The notes: generated from the letters alone by a model not told the origin. A stretch of 64,000 nucleotides of DNA from an uncultured Phycisphaerales bacterium (GCA_963755915.1 CAVWLP010000002.1:2752001-2816000); one strand, 5' to 3'; shown: positions 13,812 through 25,229, counted from the first letter of the stretch. Numbers and translations are program-made.

Positions 13812-14814
13812 CCCAACATATTTCATCTATGCCGTAAGTCCTTTTATTTGGCACTGCCGCAAGGCCAGGATGATCAACTTGGCGATGACCCACCGGGCCA
13901 CTCGTCGTGGCCGACGGACCCAACTCGGCAAAGATTGCAGTCCGCCGCCGAAATTGCACAGATGTGCCAGATCCCGCTCGATGTCGCCCCGCAGTCCATA
14001 AAGTTCCCGGCCGAACGGGTTGGGAGCGTCCGCCTCCAGCAGTTCAATGCATCGCAAGCGTGCCGGGCAGTGCTTGCCATGTCCCAAGCCGCTCCCGGGT
14101 GCTTTACGTTTGGCCAGCAGTTGGAAACCGTGGGTCATGGCATGCCAGTGGAGCGGATTGGTCTCATGAGTGGCATCGGCCAGCAGATAGCCGGTGGCAT
14201 TTGAACCATTTTGAGTCAGTCGATCGATCAACTCAATGCCGCATTGCTGATCCGAGACGTTCAGGGACGCCAGCAGCAGCGGATCGGGCACCAGTCCGCG
14301 TCCCCAGGCGGCGGCCAGTTTGTAACCGCGGGCCAGACCTCCGGTGGCGTAGCCCCTCCTGGCATCTCGATCCTTTGAGAATCCGCTGACCACCAGCGGC
14401 TTGGTATCGACCCGCCAACAAAGACCGAGTCCCGATCCCATCACCGCTGCAACTCGATAATAGAGTTGGGCCAGCAGCGTGCAGCAGGAAAGAGTTTTGA
14501 GCCGTCGGCTCATGGTTGCCTCGCTGGGCAGCGTCATCCATTGCATCGTTGCAGGCCAGTGACCAGGCTGGCAAGCCCAACGAATGGGGCGATCGTGCAA
14601 CAGCGCCCAAAAGAAAACCAGAAGAATGACGGCATCGGTAAACTGCGCGTATTTGGGACGGGGGTGGTGTTTGGCTTCCCGCCCTACGATGGCGTAAAGT
14701 GCCTCGAATAGTTCGCCTTCCATGGCAAATCTCCTTGTTTGAGACCAAGAAGATCAGCATGGAGGCGAACTCTTGTTTTTGCCAGCATTTAGTTCATTGT
14801 TGAAAAATGTTGGG
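13812..14814 (-). mobile_element. ~1.0-kb insertion sequence (DDE, IS4/IS5/IS982-like) inserted in a family A palindrome
   Basis: TIRs CCCAACATATTTCA (13812-13825) and TGAAAAATGTTGGG (14801-14814), 13/14 match; the flanks rejoin into a REP. Confidence 0.85.
13827..14723 (-). CDS. DDE transposase (DDE_Tnp_1-like)
   Basis: PSEATMSRR, VDTKPL, GYKL, LADAT, YGLRGDIER (Y-2-R-3-E signature). Confidence 0.85.
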   Translation of the reverse strand: MEGELFEALYAIVGREAKHHPRPKYAQFTDAVILLVFFWALLHDRPIRWACQPGHWPATMQWMTLPSEATMSRRLKTLSCCTLLAQLYYRVAAVMGSGLGLCWRVDTKPLVVSGFSKDRDARRGYATGGLARGYKLAAAWGRGLVPDPLLLASLNVSDQQCGIELIDRLTQNGSNATGYLLADATHETNPLHWHAMTHGFQLLAKRKAPGSGLGHGKHCPARLRCIELLEADAPNPFGRELYGLRGDIERDLAHLCNFGGGLQSLPSWVRRPRRVARWVIAKLIILALRQCQIKGLTA

Positions 14815-14923
14815 AGTACCGGGGGCGGGGGAATTCGGGGAAAAGCGGTTCGGCTTAGGGCGCGCCGGGGCGCGTGCGGTCACGGGGCTTTTTTGCGGGC
14901 GGGTGGGACATTATTCTTGGGGG

Positions 14924-16024
14924 ATGCTTGTCGATGGCGTGCCGATGCGGACGATTTGGGAGGTGGAGGGGGGCGTGGGGATCATCGATCAGACGAAGCT
15001 TCCGCATGAGCTGGTGAAGGTGGAGCTCAAAACGCTGGGGGATGTGGAGCGGGCGATTAAAGAGATGTGGGTGCGGGGGGCGCCGCTGATTGGGGCGACG
15101 GCGGCTTACGGGATGGCGATTGCGCTGGCGAAGGATCCATCGGATGATTCGCTGCGAAGGGGGGCGGAGGTGCTGGGGAGGACGCGGCCGACGGCGGTGA
15201 ATTTGCGGTGGGCGCTGGAGAGGATTCTTCGGGAAATTGGGAGCCTTAAAAGAGAGGAGCGGGCGCGGGCGGCGTTTGCGCTGGCGGCGAGAATTTGTGA
15301 GGAGGATGTTGCCATCAATCGGGCGATCGGGCGGCATGGGTTGGGGCTTATCAAGGCCAGGGAAGACGCGCGGGATCGGATCAATATTTTGACGCATTGC
15401 AACGCGGGGTGGCTGGCGACGGTGGATGTGGGGACGGCGACGGCGCCGATTTATGCGGCGCATGATTTGGGGATTGCGGTGCATGTGTGGGTGGATGAGA
15501 CGCGGCCGCGGAACCAGGGGGCGAGTCTTACGGCCTGGGAACTGGGGAAGCATGGGGTGCCACATACGGTGATCGCGGATAATGCGGGGGGACATCTCAT
15601 GCAACACGGGATGGTGGATTTGTGCATTGTGGGGTGCGACCGGGTGACGGCGACGGGGGATGTGGCGAATAAGATCGGGACTTATCTGAAGGCGCTGGCG
15701 GCGCGGGATAATGGGGTTCCGTTTTATGTTGCGCTGCCGTCGCCGACGATCGACTGGAGGGTGAGCGATGGGGTGAGGGAGATTCCGATTGAGCAGCGGG
15801 ATGCGACGGAAGTGACGCATGTGACCGGACGCAACAGCACGGGGGGTGTGGAGCGGGTGTGTCTCGTGCCTGAGGGGAGTGGGGCGGCGAATTATGCGTT
15901 TGATGTGACGCCGGGGCGGCTGGTGACGGGGTTGATTACGGAGCGCGGGGTTTGTGAGGCTTCGCGCGAGGGGCTGGCGGGGTTGTTTGCTGGGAGGGGG
16001 TGGGAAATAGTGAATGGGGAATAG
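14924..16024 (+). CDS. mtnA: S-methyl-5-thioribose-1-phosphate isomerase
   Basis: [61 protein letters not shown]. Confidence 0.95.
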   Translation: MLVDGVPMRTIWEVEGGVGIIDQTKLPHELVKVELKTLGDVERAIKEMWVRGAPLIGATAAYGMAIALAKDPSDDSLRRGAEVLGRTRPTAVNLRWALERILREIGSLKREERARAAFALAARICEEDVAINRAIGRHGLGLIKAREDARDRINILTHCNAGWLATVDVGTATAPIYAAHDLGIAVHVWVDETRPRNQGASLTAWELGKHGVPHTVIADNAGGHLMQHGMVDLCIVGCDRVTATGDVANKIGTYLKALAARDNGVPFYVALPSPTIDWRVSDGVREIPIEQRDATEVTHVTGRNSTGGVERVCLVPEGSGAANYAFDVTPGRLVTGLITERGVCEASREGLAGLFAGRGWEIVNGE

Positions 16025-16109
16025 TGAATAGTGAATTGTTTGCAGTTTAGGGAACAAAGTGGGGTTTTTTGCGATCGGCAATTGTGGGGGCTCGCCCTAC
16101 AATGCCTTT

Positions 16110-17089
16110 GTGGCTGACGACGATAGTCAATATATGCAGTGCATGGAGGTTTGGGGGGGAGCCAGTCGACGGCGCGGAACGTGCAGCTGGGGGGGCTTGA
16201 TGCCTGGGTTTATAGCCGGCCGTTCAACAACTCTGCGGCGGGGGGGGATGTTTATTATGCGTCTAGCTGCGCGACGGGGCGGATCAATCGACTGCTGCTG
16301 GCGGACGTTTCGGGGCATGGGGATATGGTGGCTGAGATCGCCACGCGGCTGCGCAACCTGATGCGGCGGTATGTGAATTTTCTGGATCAGACGAAGTTTG
16401 TGCGGGCGCTAAATCGGCAGTTTGCGGCGATGTCGCGACAGGGGACGTTTGCGACGGCGATTGCCACGACGTTTTTTACACCTACGCGGATGCTGACGAT
16501 TTGCAATGCGGGGCATCCGCCGCCGATGCATTACTCCGCGGCGCTGAAGAGCTGGGCGATTTTGGAATGTCCGACGGAAGGAAATCCGGTGGCGGGAAAT
16601 ATTCCGCTGGGGATTCTGGATATTGCCAGCTATGAGCAATTCCACGTCGAGCTGGACGTGGGGGATTTGGTTCTTTACTACACGGATGCGCTGGTTGAAT
16701 CGAAGAATTCAACGGGCGAGATGCTGGGGCCCAGTGGTTTGCTGCGGATTGTGGAAGGTGTGGATGTCGGGGCTTCGGAGAATTTCATCGGGGCGCTGCT
16801 GGAGCGGATTTCGGGGCAGCACAGCGGAAATTTGTCGGAAGATGACGTGACGGTGATGCTGCTTCGGCCGAAGGCGACGAAGCCGAAGATTACGACTCGT
16901 CAGAAGATGGGCGCCGGGCTTCGGTTTTTGGGGGCGGCGGTGAGGTCGATCAATCCGTGGGCGGAGCGGGCGCCGATGTTTGACATGAAGCTGGCGAACT
17001 TCGGGGGGGCGATTATTCCTTCGCTGTCAAAACGATGGCGGCCGAACAATCGTAAGATCGTTCGGCCGTCCCGTCTTTCCATCCCTTGA
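16110..17089 (+). CDS. PP2C/SpoIIE-type phosphatase (frameshift in G-run ~16155)
   Basis: GGDVY, LADVSGHG, NAGHPPP, LYYTDALVE, EDDVT. Confidence 0.85.
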
Positions 17090-17136
17090 TTTTTGTGCGA
17101 ACAGACTGAGATCGATAGGTTTTTCCCCTTTTTGAA

Positions 17137-17352
17137 TCAGGCAGCCTGTTCAGCTTCATGCTCGACGAAAGTGAGCAACTCACCGAGCATTTCTTCAAGC
17201 CGGCGTTCCGCGTTGCGGATGTCGGGTGAAGCGACTCCAGTCCGGCGATGGGCGAGCAGCCGGTTGAGGCCATCGGGACGCGCCATGGCGTCGACGAGTT
17301 TGGCATCGATGAGGTTTTCGATCGCTCTCCGTAGCGTTTCGCACTGATGCAT
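17137..17352 (-). CDS. Small hypothetical helical protein (71 aa) downstream of riboswitch
   Basis: Strong AAGGAG RBS 7 nt before the ATG. Confidence 0.7.
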   Translation of the reverse strand: MHQCETLRRAIENLIDAKLVDAMARPDGLNRLLAHRRTGVASPDIRNAERRLEEMLGELLTFVEHEAEQAA

Positions 17353-17498
17353 AAGAGATCTCCTTGCGCCGTGGCGGCGCCGCTACGCCCCAAAACGGTG
17401 GGATCCCAATAGAGAACTGGGCCCACCCTTCAGGACAAAAACACTGAAGACCTTAAAAGGATCGAAACGCCGAGGCGGCGCATTGATCCCTTTCACGT

Positions 17499-17722
17499 GC
17501 CTACGGAGTTAGCTGACGGGCTGGGAGTTGAAAGTCTCCCTCGGTCGCATTTGCTTTGCCCGGAAAAAAGAAAGGCATTGCCAACGCTGCACAAATCCGA
17601 TTCGCCCCTGCGGGTCTGGGTCCAACACATGCCCCCCAGACCAGCGATGCAAAGCTTGCAAAACTACAGCGAACTTCGCATTGGGTTCTCCGCGCCTCGC
17701 CAATGGTGGCTCGGCTTAGGCG
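17499..17722 (-). ncRNA. c-di-AMP (ydaO/yuaA) riboswitch, with long insertions
   Basis: Minus strand reads GCCTAAGCCGAGCC...GGAGAACCCA...GGGGCGAATC...AGGGAGACTTT...CCCAGCCCGTCAGCTAACTCCGTAGGC; P1 GCCTA/TAGGC. Confidence 0.8.
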
Positions 17723-17738
17723 GTCAAGCTGAGTTTTG

Positions 17739-17766
17739 ATTTTAGGAATGCGCAGATTCGTGTCAA
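17739..17766 (-). promoter_or_regulatory. Sigma-70 promoter driving the riboswitch leader
   Basis: TTGACA-N16-TAAAAT on the minus strand. Confidence 0.75.
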
Positions 17767-17881
17767 CTGAAAAGCAGGGTTTGCTGAAAAAAAAGGCAGA
17801 TTTTTTTTCGGCATGATTTGAACATTCTCGGCATTCCAAATTACTCTGTTCTGCCGGAGAATTCCTGCAACGGAGTTTCGC

Positions 17882-18706
17882 ATGAAATGGGTCAAACGAA
17901 TCGGTGCTGTGATCGTCTTGCTGGTTTTAGTCGCAGTCATCGTCGTATATTTTTCTTTGAATTCGATCATACGCTCGGAAGTTCAGACACAGGCGACGGC
18001 GTCGCTGGGGGTTGATACGACGCTGGATTCGGCGCGGCTGGCGCTGTTTGGCGGGAATCTGACGCTCAGCGATCTGGAGATCAGCTCGCCGCCGGATTTT
18101 TCTTCGCCGAAGATTTTTACGCTGGGGGATATCGGCGTGAGCGTTCATTATGGGCAGCTCACGGGGTCGCCGATTCATATCGAACAGATCGTGATCGATA
18201 AGCCGGTGCTTGTGGTGGAGCAGGCGAACATCAAGCTGAATCTCAACGCGCTGATGGGGCAGATGCCAAAAACGCCGCAGACGAGCAGCGGGCAGCCGAG
18301 CAAGCCGATTATGCTGATGATCGACGAGCTTGAGCTGAACAACGCGCAGGTGACGTTCATGCCGGGAATTCCGGGGGTAACCAACTCGGTGGTGGTGCCG
18401 ATCGATTCGATCACGCTGACAAACATCGGCAACGCCAACGGCAACCAGAACGGGGCGGCGATCAAGGACGTGGTGATGCAAGTGGTGACGGCGCTGGCGG
18501 CGAAGGCGGCGGATCAGTCGAAACTTCCGGCGGCGGTGAAGATGCTGCTGGGGCAGGACCTCTCGGCGCTTTCCAAGCTCAATGGGGCGGATTTCGATAC
18601 GCAGTTCAAAAACCTGGCGGGGTCGCTGACGCAGCAGGCGGCGCCGGCGATTCAGAACGGGCTTCAAAAGCTTCTGGGCGGAAAGAACCAGAGCCAGGGG
18701 CAGTGA
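17882..18706 (+). CDS. AsmA-like membrane-anchored protein
   Basis: N-terminal TM anchor, LGVDTTLDS...LSDLEISSPPDF, beta-rich pattern. Confidence 0.6.
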   Translation: MKWVKRIGAVIVLLVLVAVIVVYFSLNSIIRSEVQTQATASLGVDTTLDSARLALFGGNLTLSDLEISSPPDFSSPKIFTLGDIGVSVHYGQLTGSPIHIEQIVIDKPVLVVEQANIKLNLNALMGQMPKTPQTSSGQPSKPIMLMIDELELNNAQVTFMPGIPGVTNSVVVPIDSITLTNIGNANGNQNGAAIKDVVMQVVTALAAKAADQSKLPAAVKMLLGQDLSALSKLNGADFDTQFKNLAGSLTQQAAPAIQNGLQKLLGGKNQSQGQ

Positions 18707-18740
18707 GTCCCATAATCGGGTAGCAACCTTTTGTTGGTTT

Positions 18741-19565
18741 GTGCTTACCCAGAGCGCATATCCGGACGATATTCACAACGACCCAACTCGCTACGCGCAA
18801 TTTGCAAACATGGACCTGGCAGCCTTACAAGCCTTCGAGGGCGCTGTTGATGATCAGCGCGAAGTGGTCGCGGCGGTGACCGTTGGCGCGAGCACCCATT
18901 TCTTCGGTGCGAAGCTGCTGAAGCGCGGCGAGGGCGATTTCTCATTCGAGACCACGGCGTGGCCCAAGGCTGCGCCTAAGTCTGGGCCACCCAGAGATTT
19001 ACAACTGCAAATCCAGTTTGGGACCAGTGGAGCGGTGGTTCAGTTGCGGGCCCATGCACAGGCGATTGCCGCTTTGCAGAATCCGGGGGGCATGGAAACA
19101 ATCGTTGTCCGCTGTGGCAAGCCAAGCGAATTGGCGCTGGTGCAGCGCCGTGCACATTTTCGCGCTCCGGTGCCTCCGAGCGCGCCCTTGGAATTGTCGG
19201 TGTGGAAGGTTCCGGATCACTGGGTGCTGCGCGATAAGCCCAAGCCGTCGTCGCAGCTTCGGGTGAAGCTGATCGATATCAGTCCGGGGGGCGTATGCAT
19301 GAAGATCCTGCCGCATCGGGTGGGCCCGGAAGCGGTTGCGATGGGGGATCGGCTTCGGGCGGAGCTTCAGTTCTCGCAAACCAGCGCGGTGTTTGATTGC
19401 CGGGTGGTTTATCGAAGCGATTCGGCGGCGGATGGGTCGATCCGGGTTGGGATATCGTTTCGGCAACTGGAGAATACGATCGAGGGGCGGAGGGGGAGTG
19501 CGCTGTTGGATCGGGTTTTGGGGGCGCTGCAGAGGTTGTGTATTAAAGAGACGAGTGCTGCGTAG
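18741..19565 (+). CDS. PilZ-domain (YcgR-like) c-di-GMP receptor
   Basis: QRRAHFR (RxxxR) and DISPGG (DxSxxG); start uncertain. Confidence 0.8.
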   Translation: MLTQSAYPDDIHNDPTRYAQFANMDLAALQAFEGAVDDQREVVAAVTVGASTHFFGAKLLKRGEGDFSFETTAWPKAAPKSGPPRDLQLQIQFGTSGAVVQLRAHAQAIAALQNPGGMETIVVRCGKPSELALVQRRAHFRAPVPPSAPLELSVWKVPDHWVLRDKPKPSSQLRVKLIDISPGGVCMKILPHRVGPEAVAMGDRLRAELQFSQTSAVFDCRVVYRSDSAADGSIRVGISFRQLENTIEGRRGSALLDRVLGALQRLCIKETSAA

Positions 19566-19569
19566 GGCG

Positions 19570-19695
19570 GAAATTCTGAAACCAGAAACCAGAAATCCGA
19601 ATCAAACCAGAATGACCGAATGACGAAGGGGGTTGGTCATTCGGTCATTCTGGTTTCGGATTTGATTCGTCATTCGGACTTCGGGCTTCTGGTTT
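19570..19695. repeat. Heptamer IR element, empty (family B)
   Basis: GAAACCAGAAACCAGAAATCCGAATCAAACCAGAATGACC...GGTCATTCTGGTTTCGGATTTGATTCGTCATTCGG. Confidence 0.85.
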
Positions 19696-22600
19696 TCAAC
19701 TGCATCCCATTGAATTGCCGCAGTTGAGGCATTTGTAGCAGGTTCCGCTGCGGACGGTGATGCTGCCGCAGACGTCGCAGGCGGGGGCGTCGGCCTGGAG
19801 CTCGGAGGTTTGCTGGCTGAGGGGATCGGCGGCGACGGCGAGGCGGAGGTTGGATCCGACCGGCGGGGGGGTGGTCGCGCTGGTTTTCATTTCTTCGTCG
19901 CTGTAGTCGAATGATTTGGCGGAATCTGCTTCCATGCGGGTGCCGTGGCCATTGCCGCCTTTGCGGGTTACGGCGGCTTCGGGGGCGGGTGCGGACGCGG
20001 CTTCTGTTTCTACTTCGGGTTCGGGCTCGGGGGCGGGACGGGGCTCGCGCTTGGGGGCGTTGGCGGCGCGATATCCGCCTACGAATTCCATGGCGAGCCA
20101 GCGGAAGATGTAGTCGACGAGGCTCTTGGCGAAGGGAATTTCGGGGTTGCGGGTCATGCCGCTGGGCTCGAAGCGGACGTGCTCGAATTTTCTCACGAGG
20201 GATTCTACCGGCACGCCGTATTGGAGGCTGACCGAGACCAGCGTGGCGATGGTGTCCATCAGGCCGCCGATGGTGCTGCCTTCTTTGGCCATGCGGATGA
20301 AGATTTCGCCGGGCTGACCGTCGTCATATAGACCGACGGTGATGTATCCCTCGTGGCCGGCGACGTCGAACTTGTGGGTGGTGGCGTTGCGGGTGTCGGG
20401 CAAGCGCCGGCGCAGGGGCGCTCGACGATGCGCTCGACGATTTTTTCGACGACGTGGGTGTGGGCGGGCTCGAGATTGTCGCTGGCGGTGACCTTGGCGG
20501 CGAAGAGGGCGTTGGCGGCGGTTATGACTTCCTTGGCGACTTCCTCGCGGGCGGCCTCGACGCCTTCTTCGTCCTCCTCGGTGTCGTCGATCTCTTCGTC
20601 GCTCTTGACGTTCAGCGGCTGGCGAAAGCTTGGAGCCGTCGCGGTAGAGGGCGTTGGCTTTGAGGCCGAGCTTCCAGCTCAGGTGGTAGCTGCGCTTGAT
20701 CTCCTCGACGGTGGCCTCGTTGGGGAGGTTGATGGTCTTGGAGATTGCGCCGGTGATGAAGGGCTGGGCGGCGGCCATCATGCGGATGTGGCCCTCGACG
20801 GGGATGAAGCGCTGGCCGAGGCGGCCGCATTTGTTGGCGCAGTCGAAGACGGGGTAGTGTTCATGCTTGAGGTGCGGTGCGTCTTCGACGGTGCCGTGGC
20901 CGCAGATGGCGTCGTTGGCTTCGTCGATCTGCTGCTTGGTGAAGCCGAGGTGCTGGAGGAGGTTGAAGCCGGGCTTCTGCCAGGTCGGCTTCGGGGATGT
21001 TGAGGCGGTCCAGGGTTTCGTTTGCCGATGGACCAGGGGCTGAAGGCGAAGGAGATCTCGAACTGGCCGGGGAGGGAGGCTTCGATTTTTTCCAGTTCTT
21101 CGACGGTGAATCCCAGTTGCTTGAGGGCGTGCGTAATTGACGTGCGGGGCATCGTGGAGGGTGAGGGTGCCCATGACGTAGCGCAGGATGTCGTGGATCT
21201 GCTCGGCGCTGTAGCCGAGGTTTACCAGGGCTGGGCGGAGGGATTGGTTGGCGATCTTGAAATATCCGCCGCCGGCGAGCTTTTTGAATTTGACGAGGGC
21301 GAAATCGGGCTCGACGCCGGTGGTGTCGCAATCCATGAGCAGGCCGATGGTGCCGGTGGGGGCGATGACGGTGGTCTGGGCGTTGCGATAGCCGAACTTT
21401 TCGCCGAGGAGTAGGGCGCGGTCCCAGCATTCCTGTGCGCTGCTTGATGAGCTGCGAGGACGCCAGCGGGTGCTTCTCGGCAAATTGAGTCGCGTCGAGC
21501 CCGACCGGCTTGATGTCGAGCGCCTTCATAATCGCCCAGGGCGCGGCGGGCGTTGGGGTTGTTGGCGACGTCGTAGGCGGCGCGGCGATGATTGCGGATG
21601 ACGCGGAGCATGTCGGCGCGGTTGTCTTCGTAGCCGGGGAATGCGCCGAGCTCGCGGGCCATTTCGGCGCTGGCGGCGTAGCTTTCGCCGGTGAGGATGG
21701 CGGTCAGGGCGGCGCAGATGGCGCGGCCGTTTTCGCTGTCGTAGGCGATTCCGGCCTGCATGAGCATTGCGCCGAGATTGGCGTATCCCAGGCCGAGCGT
21801 GCGGTAGCGGTAGCTTAGCTTGGCGATTTCTTCGGAGGGGAAGCTGGCCATCAGGACGCTGATTTCCAGCACGATCGTCCAGAGGCGGATGGCGTGCTTA
21901 AAGCCTTCGATGTCGAAACGGCGCGGTTTCGGCATCGAAGAAGGTCAGGACGTTGAGCGAAGCGAGATTGCAGGCGGTGTTGTCGAGGAACATGTATTCG
22001 GAGCAGTTGTGGACGACCAGGCCGTTGGCGATGAAGGAGCTGGTGACGCGGCTCGGTGAGGTCGAAGACCTGCTGCTTGCCAGCGGCGGTGAGGGTGGCG
22101 ACGCGGTCGAAATTCTCGACGGAACCGGCTCGGTCGCCGGCGAGTTCGATGGCGGAGGCAAGTTGCTCGAGTTTTTGCCGGGGAGGAGGCCGATGTGCTT
22201 GGCGAAGCTGCGGAGGCTGCCCGGGTCGATACGCGGCCGTCCGAAGTTCGCGACGGCAGCCGAGTCGCCGGCGCCGCATGCGCCGGCGACCGGGCCGCGA
22301 GCAACGGCTCCGCCGTCGCCCATGCACATAAATCGAGCTTTGAATTCCGAAGCCGAGCAGGATCAATTGGACGTCGCGGAGCATTCCTTCGCCGGCGCCG
22401 TTCAATTCCATGGTGCCGTCGCGGACGACGGCGTCGGCGGTGAACAATCCGCGGAGGAGATGCTCTGGGCGGCGAGGCCGGCGGTGAAGACGTCGTCGCT
22501 GAGGCGGCGCTGGCCGGCCTCGTAGCGCACATACGCGCGCAGGCGGCGGAGGAGCCGGCGGTTGGTCAGCGTTGCGGTGACGGTTCCGGTCGGGCGGCGT

Positions 22601-24331
22601 CGTCGTCGGTCACCATCAGCTGGTTGACGTAATCATCATCGTAAACGCGCTCGCTCCAGGAGTGGGCGGCGTATCGCACGAGCGGCTCGATCAATTCGCT
22701 TGCCGCCCAGGCAGGCGTCGAGCCGGACTGAATCGTAGCTGGCGTTGGCGGAGGAGAAGAAGAGGCCGAGCAACTGGAAGAACTGGGGGTCCTGCGGCTC
22801 GCCGATCTCCTGCACGGTGGCGGCTTCGCTGGGGAGCTTGATTTCGTCGTCGGGGGGTCAGATCCTTGGCGGCGACCCAGCCGCGCTGCGGTCCAGAGCT
22901 TGTGATCGGCGGTGAGCGTAACGGTGTATCCGCCGGCGGTGCGGAGTTCGTAGACCTCCTGGGTGCCGGTGGGAAACGCGCCTTCGGTGGCGTGGATTTC
23001 CTGGCCCTCGAGGCTGGTGATGACGCGGCTGGGGAGGTGGATCATCTGGTCGATGCGCCGCCAGATTCCGCCGGGGGTGAGGACGCGAGTGTCGCCGGTG
23101 ACGCAGGGATTGGAGGCGTTGATCGGGCCGGATCTTGGGGCAGGTGTGCCACTGGTTGATGGTGTCGTCATATTGGACGCCGGGGTCGGCGCAGCGCCAG
23201 GCGGCGAAGGCGATCTGGTCCCAGAGGTCGCGGGCGCGAATCGATTTGGCGACCTTTTTGTTCGTCCGCCACAGTGAGCTCCCAGTTGCCGTCTTCCTCG
23301 ACTGCCTTGAAGAAGCGGTTGGGGATGCGGACGGAATTGTTGGAATTCTGGCCGCTGACGGTGAGGTAGGCTTCGCCGTTGAAATCGTAATCGAGCTTCA
23401 GGCCGAGCTTGGCGGCGAGCTCCTTCTGGTCCGGGGGGAGGTGCTTCATACCCTCGGCCATCGCGGCGACTTTCAATTCCTCGCGCACCTTCCAGTTGAC
23501 GAACTGCTCGATGTCGGGGTGATCGAGATCGAGGCAGACCATCTTGGCGGCGCGGCGGGTGGTGCCGCCGACTTTGATGGCGCCGGCGGCGCGGTCGCCG
23601 ATTTTGAGGAAGCTCATCAGGCCCGAGGATTTTCCGCCGCCGGAGAGGGGTTCGTTGTCGCCGCGGAGGTTGGAGAAATTGGTTCCGGTGCCGCTGCCGT
23701 ATTTGAAGAGGCGGGCTTCGCGGGTCCAGAGGTCCATGATGCCGCCGGGGTTGACCAGATCGTCATTGACCGACTGGATGAAGCAGGCGTGGGGCTGGGG
23801 ATGGCTGTAGGCATCGCGGCTTTTGAGCAGCTCGCCGGAGCGCGGATCGCAATAGAAATGGCCTTGCGCGGGACCGGTGATGCCGTAGGCCCAGTTCAGG
23901 CCGGTGTTGAACCACTGCGGACTGTTGGGGGCGCACATCTGATGCAGGAGCATGTGGCTGATTTCGTCGTAAAACGCCTGGGCGTCTTCGGCGTTGTCGA
24001 AATAGCCATATTTCTCGCCCCAGTGCCGCCAGCAGCCGGCGAGGCGATTGATAACCTGCTTTGCGGAGCGCTCCGGGCCGGTGACGACGTTGCCCTGGCC
24101 GTCGCGGATTGGTTCGCCCTTTTCGTCGCGCTGCGGGACGCCGGCCTTGCGGAAATATTTGCTGACCATGATGTCGGTGGCGAGCTGGGACCAGCTTTTC
24201 GGAATCTCCGCATCGTTCATCTCGAACACGACGCTGCCGTCCGGATTGGTGATCCGGCTGGTGCGCTTCTCATATTCGACAGAGTCGAGCGCGCTGGTTC
24301 CTGACTTTGTGAAGCGTCGATTAATCCGCAT
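19696..24331 (-). CDS. nrdJ: Class II (B12-dependent) ribonucleotide reductase with intein, C-terminal TSCPD-like domain and Zn ribbon (frameshifted)
   Basis: PNSPQWFNTG, HACFIQS, FKYGSGTG, NASNP/CSEY, ACNLASLN, LGLGYANLG, IAPTGTI, GAISKTIN, YRDGSK, CDVCG...CLNCG. Confidence 0.93.
22006..23105 (-). mobile_element. Intein in NrdJ with degenerate LAGLIDADG region
   Basis: Starts CVTGDTRV after SNP; block B TADHKL; ends VFDLTEP...SFIANGLVVHN before CSEY. Confidence 0.92.
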
Positions 24332-24364
24332 ATTCCTATTCCTTCCCAAGAATCCATTCAAAAT

Positions 24365-24442
24365 ATCTCACGCAGAGCGCAAAGAAAAAAAGCCGAATCG
24401 ATTTTCATTTCTTCTCTGCGTCTTTGCGCCTCTGCGTGAGAT
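24365..24442. repeat. Inverted-repeat hairpin (family C)
   Basis: ATCTCACGCAGAGCGCAAAG...CTTTGCGCCTCTGCGTGAGAT; second copy at 52618. Confidence 0.75.
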
Positions 24443-24517
24443 CATTCTTCTCAAATAAAATTCAAAACAGCACCCTACGCGCCGCAGGAAGCGGCACGAC
24501 CGGGCCCCGGGTGGAAC

Positions 24518-25078
24518 TCAGTCCACCTTGGGCAACGTCAATCCTTTTTGGTCCTGATACTTCCCAGACTTGTCGGCGTAACTCTTGGCACAGATGCGTT
24601 CGCCCTTGAGGAAGAGGAGCTGGGCGATTCCCTCGTTGGCGTAAATTTTTGCCGGGAGGGGGGTCGTGTTGCTGATTTCCAGGGTGATGCGGCCGCGCCA
24701 TTCGGGTTCGATCGGCGTCACGTTAACGATGATGCCGCAGCGGGCGTAGGTGCTTTTGCCGACGCAGATGGCCAGGTATTCGCGCGGCATGGAAACGATC
24801 TCAACGGTTTCGCAGAGAGCGAAGCTGTTGGGCGGGATCAGCACGTGGTCCTGGCGGGTTTCATCGGTGTCGATGGTGACGAAACTGCGTTCCGAGAATT
24901 TTTTCGGATCGACGATCTCGGAATTGACGTTGGTGAAGATCTTGAAGATCGAGCCAACGCGAAGGTCGTACCCATAGCTGGATACGCCGTAGCTGATTTT
25001 GCCCGGCCGTTTGACGTTTTCCTCGAACGGCTCGATGCCGATGAGTTCCCGAATCTGCGAATCGCATAAGATGCCCAT
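24518..25078 (-). CDS. dcd: dCTP deaminase
   Basis: [54 protein letters not shown]. Confidence 0.97.
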   Translation of the reverse strand: MGILCDSQIRELIGIEPFEENVKRPGKISYGVSSYGYDLRVGSIFKIFTNVNSEIVDPKKFSERSFVTIDTDETRQDHVLIPPNSFALCETVEIVSMPREYLAICVGKSTYARCGIIVNVTPIEPEWRGRITLEISNTTPLPAKIYANEGIAQLLFLKGERICAKSYADKSGKYQDQKGLTLPKVD

Positions 25079-25229
25079 GAGTCTGCTCACTGCTGCTGCG
25101 AAAATGTATCCATTCAACAGGCGCGAAAGCGTCTGCGGATGCACCGTATATTGGCGCATCAAACGTCAGGCTGCACAACCGATTTTATCGAATCCCCGAA
25201 GCCGAACTCCGGTTCGATGGGATTCCGGG

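Noticed and set aside
24331-24518. Cobalamin riboswitch upstream of nrdJ
   Set aside because: No B12-box motifs were recognised; the gap is occupied by a family C hairpin.
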